In this document: positions 47,205 through 54,573 of the stretch, in pieces
Layout of the letters: every line of letters starts with the position of its first letter
How positions within the stretch are numbered: the first letter of the stretch is position 1
IMG/VR virus record: IMGVR_UViG_3300020152_000004
Coordinates: 1-56,832 of that record
Origin: a virus
Lineage: Duplodnaviria; Caudoviricetes
Length of the DNA stretch: 56,832 nucleotides
Reading direction: 5' to 3' (one strand)
The notes under the pieces: generated by a model
What the model saw: the letters and a program-made list of their open reading frames with translations, nothing else
What the model was told of the DNA's origin: nothing
Databases searched by the model: none
Made by a program: the position numbers and the translations under genes

Positions 47205-47415
47205 CCTGCCGTTCCCGCCGGGACGCGGAGACGACGAGTTCGAAGCCATCATCACGAAGTTCCAGCAGGTTTATCAGCTCAATCTTGCCACGGGTGAAGT
47301 GTTCGTCCGGACCGGTGCGCACACATGGGATCAGCCCGCGTGGCTGGAGCTGCCGGACGTCGTGCGCGCCCGTATCCACGAGGCACTCAAAAACAGAGAT
47401 ACGTTGACGCAGTAA
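47155..47415 (+). CDS. Hypothetical protein
   Basis: 86 aa, last gene before the capsid-operon promoter. Confidence 0.5.
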   Translation: MMKSFPPANWRQQIRRNLPFPPGRGDDEFEAIITKFQQVYQLNLATGEVFVRTGAHTWDQPAWLELPDVVRARIHEALKNRDTLTQ

Positions 47416-47433
47416 CTCTGACGTTTATACATT
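47404..47433 (+). promoter_or_regulatory. sigma70-type promoter for the capsid operon
   Basis: TTGACG(47404-09)-18 nt-TACATT(47428-33). Confidence 0.7.
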
Positions 47434-47478
47434 CAGATCGTTCGCCATAGAGCAAAGCGCTCGAACCGGCAAGTCGTA

Positions 47479-47496
47479 TCGACCTTCCGCGGTCGG
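47479..47496 (+). promoter_or_regulatory. Putative antiterminator hairpin, copy 2 (TCGACC-TTCCGC-GGTCGG)
   Basis: 6-bp stem with UUCCGC loop overlapping the terminator 5' arm. Confidence 0.65.
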
Positions 47497-47542
47497 ACCC
47501 ACCTCGAGAAATCGGGGAACGGGCCCGGCCGCTTTTTTGTTT
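47489..47542 (+). terminator. Intrinsic terminator in the capsid-operon leader
   Basis: gcggtcggaccc...cctcga-GAAA-tcgggg...gggcccggccgc followed by ttttttgttt. Confidence 0.8.
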
Positions 47543-47591
47543 CCGCTCCCGCCGAGCGAAATCGGCGCCTCCGTCGCGACGACGTAAACCG

Positions 47592-48281
47592 ATGCCATTG
47601 GAGACACTTCAGATGCGGACACTGTCGAACTTGAAGATGCTGCCGTTGCTCGTGCTGGCTGGCCGTTTCAACGCACCGGAAGGTGATGAGGGCGGCGCAG
47701 GCGGCGATGCGAAGGGAAAGGCCGAGGACAAGTCCAGCGAAAAGCCCGCGGACAAATCCAAGGAGAAGGCGGACGAGAAGGGCGATGAAGACAAGCCTGC
47801 GATCCCATACGCCCGATTCACTGAGGTGAATCAGCAGCGGCGGGATGCGGAGGCGAAGGTCACCACCCTGACCGCCGACAACGAACGGCTGACCCGCGAG
47901 AACACGCAGCTCAAGTCGGCAGACCAGGCCGGCGCCCTCGCCGCGGCACAGGACCGCGTGAAGGAGCTCGAGAAGTCGATCGGCGAAGTGGAGAAGGAGT
48001 TCGAGGACATGCTCGAGGTCGCTCTCGCACCGCTGCCGAAGGAGAAGGCCGCGATCGTCCGGGACATTCCCGGCGGCGCGCGCATTCAGTTCGCCTGGTT
48101 CAACAAGCATCGGAGTTCGCTCGTCGGCGAGGATTCGCCGAAGGGTCCCCCGGGCGTGAAGGGTCCGAAGCACGAGAAGAAGCCGGGCGCGAAGGACGAG
48201 CCGGTCGCGTCCAGCGTCGCACAGTCATTCGTCGAACAGGCGAAGCCGGCCGAGAAGACAGGATTCAAGGGCCTCCTCTGA
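47592..48281 (+). CDS. Capsid scaffolding protein
   Basis: Charged N-terminal linker, IPYARF.EVN motif, coiled coil; precedes the decoration and capsid genes. Confidence 0.8.
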   Translation: MPLETLQMRTLSNLKMLPLLVLAGRFNAPEGDEGGAGGDAKGKAEDKSSEKPADKSKEKADEKGDEDKPAIPYARFTEVNQQRRDAEAKVTTLTADNERLTRENTQLKSADQAGALAAAQDRVKELEKSIGEVEKEFEDMLEVALAPLPKEKAAIVRDIPGGARIQFAWFNKHRSSLVGEDSPKGPPGVKGPKHEKKPGAKDEPVASSVAQSFVEQAKPAEKTGFKGLL

Positions 48282-48318
48282 TCGGGGGAGCGCCAGCGGG
48301 AACTACACGGAGGCCTGA

Positions 48319-48900
48319 ATGAAACTCGGACTAACGACCGACTCGGTCGCTGCGAATCCGACGTGGCTCGACTCCACGGAAGGCATGCGCTTCCTGGTGG
48401 GCGGCGTCACGATTGACAGCGCCAAGGTTCGGCTGGGCGACGACGGCAAGCGCGTCGTCCGGAGCGGTACCCCCATCGGGAAGTCGGGCTCGAAGTACCG
48501 CCCGGCAGTCTACACGCAGCTCGCCGCGGCAGCACTGAGCGCCGCAACCACGATCGACGTCGACGATGCATCCGGGATGGTCGTCGGGGATTCGATCGTT
48601 ATCGGCGGGACCGCCAAGACCATCGATTCGATCGACATGGGCGGCGGCACAGGCGGCTCAGACCGGATCACCCTCACCGCAGCGCTCGGAGCGGACAAGG
48701 CGGACAACGCGCTTGTGATCGGTGCGGATGTCGGCGTCGGCGTCGTCGGTCTGCTGTGGGAGACGCTCGATGTGACGGACGGCGATGCGCACGGCGCCGT
48801 GCTCGACCATGGCCGTGTGAACGCGGCCGCAATTCCTGTCGACATTCACGCTGATGTGCGGGAAGCGCTGTCCGCCATCGGTATCACGTTCAAGAGCTGA
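48319..48900 (+). CDS. Head decoration protein (gpD-like)
   Basis: GVTID...VRSGTPIG...GLLWE.LDV..GD..G.V..HG.V pattern; GGAGG RBS. Confidence 0.72.
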   Translation: MKLGLTTDSVAANPTWLDSTEGMRFLVGGVTIDSAKVRLGDDGKRVVRSGTPIGKSGSKYRPAVYTQLAAAALSAATTIDVDDASGMVVGDSIVIGGTAKTIDSIDMGGGTGGSDRITLTAALGADKADNALVIGADVGVGVVGLLWETLDVTDGDAHGAVLDHGRVNAAAIPVDIHADVREALSAIGITFKS

Positions 48901-48904
48901 GGCG

Positions 48905-50308
48905 ATGATGATCCGACGCACCTGTCTCTGGGTTGCAGCGCACGTGGCGCTGCTGCTGACCGAGCTCGGGCGACTCACCGTCGTCGCACCGAAGCTCCCG
49001 CGGCTGATTCAGTTCAGCCTGCATCCGTTCGTGAAACGCGGGCACGGCAAGGTCCTCGCCGGCGGTGGCCGAAGCGGTGGCTTCGCACTGCGCCTGACAG
49101 TCGCAGTCGCCGTGCTCGCATTCCTGGTCGTAGGGGCAACCGTGGTTTCGGACTTCATGCACACCGGATCCGGCGCAACACTCGCCGGCGCCATGATGCT
49201 GATCCCCGGGGCCGCGGGTCGGTTCGGTGACGCGAGTTCGGACCTGCTGACCGAGATCGACGGGCTGTCTACGACCGACATCCAGTACGTCGTCGACAAC
49301 ACCAACCCATTCGATCGGCTCGCGCCAGGTGGTCTGCTCGGCGACGCACTCTTTCCGGCCCGTCCGACGCAGGAGCTCGACTTCAAGTACCTGAAGGGGG
49401 CCGGCGGTGCGGCGGTGATGGCACACGTCACGACGCACAACTCCGAGGCGCCGCTGGTGAACCGGCGCGGCCTCGAGACGGTCTCCGGTCAGATCCCGGC
49501 GATCAAGCAGAAGCGCTATCAGGATGCGCACACGCTGATCCGGCTGCAGAGTGCGGATGCACTCATCCAGAGCCAGGTCGTGCGGGACATCTATGATGAC
49601 GTCACGGACACGAGGCTGGGCGTTGTCGCGCGGCTGGAGAAGCTGCGAATGGACGCACTCGCCACGGGCACGGTGTCGCAGCTGACCGAGGAAGGGCTCG
49701 TTTACAGCGTCGACTACGGCGTGCCGAACGACCACAAGGAAACGCTTTCGGGCGGGGACCTGTGGAGCGCCACGACGGCCGAACCGCTGTCCGACCTCGA
49801 GCGCTGGCAGAACATCATGGTGGGCGACACCGGCCACCAGATGGCTGTCGGTGTGACGAGCTCCGCAGCGATCAGCGCGCTTCGTCAGCATGAGAGCGTC
49901 CGGAAGGCAATCTGGGGCGTAAACTACGACCGTCGCGTGACGAACGACGAGCTGAATCAGTTCCTGACTGCTCAGGGCCTCCCGACGCTGATCTCTTACG
50001 ACCAGATGGTCGCGCAGCAGGCGGCGAACGGCACGCAGTCAGCAGTCCGCCTGTTCCCCGAGAACCGTCTGACGCTGATCCCGGCGGTTGCGACGGGCTC
50101 GCTCGGCCGCACGCTCCGCGCACCGACGGCGGAGGAGGCGGTCCGCTCGATCGCAGACGGCGTGATTGTGGTCGATCAGTTCCGGATCGCGACGCACGTC
50201 TACGTCGCCACCCAGGACCCAAAGGGTCTGGTGACGCTCAGCGTGGCCAGCACGTTCCCGAGCTTCGAGCGTGCCGGCCACGTTTTCCAGGCCGTGGTGC
50301 TGGCGTAA
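48905..50308 (+). CDS. Major capsid protein (lambda gpE-like family) with hydrophobic N-terminal extension
   Basis: LFP, A.V...NSEAP, IPAIK, RLEKLR.DAL.TG, VDYGVP, W....AEPLSDL, FPS motifs; alternative start at 49193. Confidence 0.88.
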   Translation: MMIRRTCLWVAAHVALLLTELGRLTVVAPKLPRLIQFSLHPFVKRGHGKVLAGGGRSGGFALRLTVAVAVLAFLVVGATVVSDFMHTGSGATLAGAMMLIPGAAGRFGDASSDLLTEIDGLSTTDIQYVVDNTNPFDRLAPGGLLGDALFPARPTQELDFKYLKGAGGAAVMAHVTTHNSEAPLVNRRGLETVSGQIPAIKQKRYQDAHTLIRLQSADALIQSQVVRDIYDDVTDTRLGVVARLEKLRMDALATGTVSQLTEEGLVYSVDYGVPNDHKETLSGGDLWSATTAEPLSDLERWQNIMVGDTGHQMAVGVTSSAAISALRQHESVRKAIWGVNYDRRVTNDELNQFLTAQGLPTLISYDQMVAQQAANGTQSAVRLFPENRLTLIPAVATGSLGRTLRAPTAEEAVRSIADGVIVVDQFRIATHVYVATQDPKGLVTLSVASTFPSFERAGHVFQAVVLA

Positions 50309-50370
50309 CCCTGAACCCGAACGCTTGGCGTGGCCCGCCCGCTGCGCCGAGCCCCTCAAGGATGGTGATC

Positions 50371-50781
50371 ATGGCAGGCAAGACGGCGTACACCGCGGTC
50401 ACGCGGATCAAGATGGGCGGCAAGCTCTACTTGCCCGGAGAATCGATCGAGCTCGACGCGGACGAGGCCAAGCGCATGGGTACGGCAGTGAAGGCGGCCG
50501 CGCCGGTGAAGGGACCGGTTGCGAAGCGCGCGACGGGTCGTACGGCGTCCCCGAACGACGCCGGCGGAAGCGGCGCGGATGACGGCGCCGGCAACGGTAC
50601 GGATGACGGTGGCGATCCGCTGGACGGCATGCAGTTCGCCTCCCCCCAGGCCCGCCTGCGGGCGCAGGAGGAGAACCTCACGGCCGAGACCTTCAAGCAT
50701 CAGCGCAAGGAAAGCGAGAACGGCTTCACGGTCGCGGATGTGGAGAGGATTGCTGAGAAGAAGGGCACTCCGGACGCGTAG
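50371..50781 (+). CDS. Small head-associated protein
   Basis: GKLYLPGESIEL N-domain, Gly/Asp linker, C-terminal TVADV (PSBD-like) motif; follows MCP. Confidence 0.6.
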   Translation: MAGKTAYTAVTRIKMGGKLYLPGESIELDADEAKRMGTAVKAAAPVKGPVAKRATGRTASPNDAGGSGADDGAGNGTDDGGDPLDGMQFASPQARLRAQEENLTAETFKHQRKESENGFTVADVERIAEKKGTPDA

Positions 50782-50827
50782 CTGCGGCCGGGGATTACGA
50801 TGAACTCCCGGTAACCAGCCCGGCGAT

Positions 50828-50847
50828 GGGGGGGCGAGCCCCCTTTT
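50828..50847 (+). terminator. Probable intrinsic terminator after the head genes
   Basis: gggggc-ga-gccccc followed by tttt. Confidence 0.5.
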
Positions 50848-50869
50848 CACTTCCCAGTAGCGAGGCCAC

Positions 50870-51262
50870 ATGGCGCAGACAATCACGCTGACCGAGCCGG
50901 TGGCATCCGATGACCTCACCGCGGCATATCCGCGCTCCACGCGCGGGATGAGCGCTACGGAAATCGAGACGAAGCTCCGCATCCTGGAGCGCGCGTTGCG
51001 CTCGACCTACTGCATCCTGGATCAATCTTCAGACTGTGACTCCGTGCTCGCGGACGCGATGATCGCCGCATGGCCGTCGTTCCTCGTCCAGCTCGAGCAG
51101 GTGGCATCGAAGCAGACCTCCCCCGACTCTCATGCCGTCCGCTATGCGACGGCCTCAACGAAGTTCGACTTCCCGGCGATTATCGGGACCATGCTCGGAG
51201 ACTACGTGGATGTCGACGCCGTCGGTGCACCGCCGTCGACCACGAAGCTCGAGCGCTGCTAG
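50870..51262 (+). CDS. Putative head-tail adaptor
   Basis: 130 aa, synteny. Confidence 0.5.
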   Translation: MAQTITLTEPVASDDLTAAYPRSTRGMSATEIETKLRILERALRSTYCILDQSSDCDSVLADAMIAAWPSFLVQLEQVASKQTSPDSHAVRYATASTKFDFPAIIGTMLGDYVDVDAVGAPPSTTKLERC

Positions 51263-51265
51263 GCC

Positions 51266-52321
51266 ATGTCTACAATCCCCCCAGGCACTGCACTTGATCG
51301 CGCGGCCATGGAGCGCGTGGAAGCCTTGGCGGAGCTGTTCCGCGTGGCGGCGAAGGAGCTGCGTCAGCTCGAGAGACAGATGCGCGCGAACACATACCGC
51401 CGGGCGTACCTGAAGGCACGCATCGCGGAGGCGCAGCGCATCATTGACTCGCTGATCTCCATTCGAACCGGATCGATGACCGGCACCGTGGTCGACTGGG
51501 CCCGGGTCAGCATCCCGCCGACTTACCAGTTCGGCGCCGGCCTCGCAGTCCGGGATCTCCAGGTGCAGATGGTGGCGGTGACGGCCGGTGCGCCCACGAT
51601 CCACGTGCGGGCGGTCGACGCGCTCATCGACCGTTTCCTCACGAATAGCACTCAGATCGTCATCAAGATGCAGGCGAACGTGCTGCGCACAGTGCGCGTC
51701 GTCCTGGAGCAGTCTGGCTTCGGACCCGAGATCGCGCAGGGCATCATCGGTGGCCTGCCGCGCCGCACGGTGTCGAAGCAGCTTGCCACCGCGCTCCGAA
51801 AGGCCGCGAGCGTTCCCCTCCCGGCATCCAAGCCGGCTGACTTCACGCATGTGGAGATCAACGGCAGGTTTTTCCCAGTAGAGACGTGGGCGGAAATGCA
51901 TGCCCGGACTGAGCTCGCTCGGGCCAGCACCGCCGGCACGAGGGTGATGACGGTCGTGAACGGCGTGCGTCATGTGCAGATCACATCCCATGCACACGAG
52001 CCGTGCATCTGCACCCCGTTTGAGGGGCGGATCTACGCGCTCGAGCAGGGGGATCCGGATTTCTCGTGGATCGGGGATGTACCGAACGGCGGGTGTCCGA
52101 TGCACCCGAACTGCGTGCACCGCGAGGCGCCTGCGGTCATCGCTTTCCTGCAGGAGCGTGGAGAGATCGAGGGGCGCACGAGGATCCCGGAGGCGTTTGT
52201 CGGCCTGGATGCTTCTGAGCTCGCGCGCATCGTGCGCGAGAACCGCGACCAGCTCCAGTCATACTCGATGCGCCGCAGCGGTTACCTGCCCGAATCTTTC
52301 CGCATCAAGGCGGTCGCCTGA
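51266..52321 (+). CDS. Minor capsid protein (MuF/SPP1 gp7-like)
   Basis: WAEMHARTE, C.ICTPFEGRIY, PMHPNCVH. Confidence 0.8.
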   Translation: MSTIPPGTALDRAAMERVEALAELFRVAAKELRQLERQMRANTYRRAYLKARIAEAQRIIDSLISIRTGSMTGTVVDWARVSIPPTYQFGAGLAVRDLQVQMVAVTAGAPTIHVRAVDALIDRFLTNSTQIVIKMQANVLRTVRVVLEQSGFGPEIAQGIIGGLPRRTVSKQLATALRKAASVPLPASKPADFTHVEINGRFFPVETWAEMHARTELARASTAGTRVMTVVNGVRHVQITSHAHEPCICTPFEGRIYALEQGDPDFSWIGDVPNGGCPMHPNCVHREAPAVIAFLQERGEIEGRTRIPEAFVGLDASELARIVRENRDQLQSYSMRRSGYLPESFRIKAVA

Positions 52322-52605
52322 TGTACGACGAAATGCGCGACACGGTCTCGTGGAAGCGGTCCCTGGGAGAATCGAAGATCCCAGGGTTCCGTCAGTACGG
52401 TGACCCGGTTTCGATTCCAGCGAGGAAATCCCGGTCAATCCAGGACATAGGTGGCGACCTGACGTCGGATGTCCAGTTCACGGTACTGCCCGAACATGAA
52501 GTGAGCCCGCAGGACGTGATCGATGGCGCAGAGATCCTGAAGGTGGCGGAGGCGCAGGATGACTACGGCAACGTCCTCTGGAGGACGGCATATGGCCGGT
52601 CGTAA
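52321..52605 (+). CDS. Putative head closure protein
   Basis: 94 aa; YG.P..IPAR, D.IDG pattern; synteny. Confidence 0.55.
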   Translation: MYDEMRDTVSWKRSLGESKIPGFRQYGDPVSIPARKSRSIQDIGGDLTSDVQFTVLPEHEVSPQDVIDGAEILKVAEAQDDYGNVLWRTAYGRS

Positions 52606-53023
52606 CCTCGTCCAGGCGACCGACCGGTATGCCCAGGTAGCGGCCGAGATGCGCGCTGGTGTATCGCAGGGGCTGAAAGACATCACGCTGGATCTGTTGG
52701 GCCTTTCGGTAGCCCGAGCACCAGTCGACGAAGGCAACCTCCGCGGGTCAGGCACCGCGCACTTCGGTGGCCAGCGAATCGCCGATGGTAGAGACTTCGA
52801 TCGCGAGGCGATCGGGAACGAAGGCGTCACCGGCGGCGCAGGATCGGACTCCACGACCGGAATCGTCGCCTTCAACAAGGTCTATGCTGTCGCGCAGCAT
52901 GAGCGGACCGACTACGCGCACCCGAAGGGTGGCGAAGCGAAGTTCCTCGAGCGCCCGCTCGAGGAGAACCGCCAGCGTTACATCCGGCACCTTCGCGACT
53001 CCGGAAAGCGAGCGGTCCGCTGA
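52592..53023 (+). CDS. HK97 gp10-like neck/tail-completion protein
   Basis: APVDEGNLRGS, YAVAQHE, AKFLERP. Confidence 0.75.
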   Translation: MAGRNLVQATDRYAQVAAEMRAGVSQGLKDITLDLLGLSVARAPVDEGNLRGSGTAHFGGQRIADGRDFDREAIGNEGVTGGAGSDSTTGIVAFNKVYAVAQHERTDYAHPKGGEAKFLERPLEENRQRYIRHLRDSGKRAVR

Positions 53024-53439
53024 TGCTCGCGATCGCGATTCAGCAGTATCTGGCCGACGCCGGCGTCGCGTGGGTCGGCGTGGATGCGCTGGGCGATTTC
53101 GCGACGACCGGCCCCGCGAAGGTGTCAGTGCACACCGAGTCCGACGCGAACGCTGAGCTCAACACCGATACGTACGGCGCGCGCGTGCAGCTCCGGAGTC
53201 GTGCGCCCAATGCTGTCGATGCTGAGAAAGCATGCCGCACCGCGCTTGAACTGCTCCTCGCGGCCGATGGGCAGACCCTGCAGTGGGAGGACCCCACCGG
53301 CGAACCCGTATCCCACGCATACACTCTCGAAGCGATCAGCGTGGTGACCCGCCCGACCTGGTATCCAACAAAGGAGCCCGGGGAGGAAACGAGCTGCAAT
53401 GTGCGGCTGTTCGTAACCGAAACTCCAACGGAGGACTGA
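53023..53439 (+). CDS. Putative tail terminator
   Basis: 138 aa directly before the tail tube gene. Confidence 0.55.
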   Translation: MLAIAIQQYLADAGVAWVGVDALGDFATTGPAKVSVHTESDANAELNTDTYGARVQLRSRAPNAVDAEKACRTALELLLAADGQTLQWEDPTGEPVSHAYTLEAISVVTRPTWYPTKEPGEETSCNVRLFVTETPTED

Positions 53440-53440
53440 A

Positions 53441-53869
53441 ATGGCAAAGGCAATTGCGCTCGGAACCAAGCTGCTGATCGAGAATGACGAGGACCCGGCC
53501 GAGTTTGTCGCGGTTGGTAACCTCACGTCGATCGGAGTTCCGGGTCCGGAAAAGGGCGAAGTGGATTCGACGGACTTCGACAGCGAAGCGGTGGAGTCCC
53601 TGCCCACGCTGCCGGACAACGGCGAGTTCGAGTTTGCAGGGAACCTGAACGAGGGCGACGCGGGTCAGGCTCTCGCATTCGCAGACGCGAACGACGCAGA
53701 CGCACCTGTTCGGAACATGAAGATCCAGTTCACGCGGCAGGACGTGGAGTACCTGTTCACTGGATGGGTCAAGCGGTTCCGGCCGACCGCTCCCGGCCCC
53801 CAGCAGCTCTACACGTTCACCGGCAGCATCCGGGTGAGCGGCGCTGTCACGAAGGGCGCGATCGCATGA
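53441..53869 (+). CDS. Major tail tube protein
   Basis: GTKL, EVDSTDFDS...LPDNG, FTGWV, SIRVSG; GGAGG RBS. Confidence 0.85.
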   Translation: MAKAIALGTKLLIENDEDPAEFVAVGNLTSIGVPGPEKGEVDSTDFDSEAVESLPTLPDNGEFEFAGNLNEGDAGQALAFADANDADAPVRNMKIQFTRQDVEYLFTGWVKRFRPTAPGPQQLYTFTGSIRVSGAVTKGAIA

Positions 53870-54255
53870 CGATGGAGAACGTCAGCACGCGGACGATCAA
53901 CCTCGATCGTCCGCGCCGGATCGCTCTCACGCTCGGCGCGTTGCGCCGCATGCGCGAACAGGACGTCAGCCTCGAACAGGTGCTCCAGGCGGGGCCGGAT
54001 GCGTCGTCAGACCCGTTCGAATCGCTGGGCATCATCGTGTGGTGCGCGCTGGTGAACGGGGACCGGGAAGACCTCGACCCGACGCAGATGGAGGAGATGA
54101 TCGAGCTGTCTGCGATTCCCTCCATCCAGATCGCGCTCTTCGACCTGATCGCAGGGCAGCAGCAGGACATGCAGAAGGTCGAGACATCGGTGCCCGGAGC
54201 TGTGTCCCGGGGAAAAGCAGGCGCGCGCAAGGGAGCAGGGCGCGCGAAGAAGTAG
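53866..54255 (+). CDS. Tail assembly chaperone (gpG-like)
   Basis: Between the tail tube and TMP genes; slippery site near the 3' end. Confidence 0.78.
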   Translation: MTMENVSTRTINLDRPRRIALTLGALRRMREQDVSLEQVLQAGPDASSDPFESLGIIVWCALVNGDREDLDPTQMEEMIELSAIPSIQIALFDLIAGQQQDMQKVETSVPGAVSRGKAGARKGAGRAKK

Positions 54256-54566
54256 ACCTCGACATGCTCTGGGCGGCGGGTGTGATCGACATGGGCATAC
54301 CTGCGGATCTGTTCTGGTCCCTCACCATGCCGCTCTTCGTCCGCCTGTGGGACCGGCACCGCGCGCGGGAGAAGATGCTCGATCGCCGAGCCGGCACGAT
54401 TGCGGTGGCGATCTACAACGTGAACCGGGACACCACGAAGTATCCGAAGGCGTGGGACTGGACAGACGTGTTCACCGAGCATAAGCCGCCGCCGAAGCCC
54501 ATGACGGAAGACGAGATGATCAAGGCGATGGACATGATGGTCGCCAGGACAGCGCACAGGAAGTAG
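54210..54566 (+). CDS. Tail assembly chaperone gpGT extension via -1 frameshift at G GGA AAA (54210-54216)
   Basis: X XXY YYZ heptamer in the gpG frame; -1 frame open to 54566 (FWSLT motif). Confidence 0.75.
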   Translation, partial: GKSRRAQGSRAREEVDLDMLWAAGVIDMGIPADLFWSLTMPLFVRLWDRHRAREKMLDRRAGTIAVAIYNVNRDTTKYPKAWDWTDVFTEHKPPPKPMTEDEMIKAMDMMVARTAHRK

Positions 54567-54573
54567 GGGGTCG

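Noticed and set aside
50788-50847. Fourth copy of the late leader switch before the head-tail genes
   Set aside because: Hairpins and a likely terminator are present, but there is no UUCCGY loop and no clear promoter.
54210-54216. -1 frameshift site in the tail chaperone as a novelty
   Set aside because: This is the well-known lambda G/GT mechanism; listed as a feature only.
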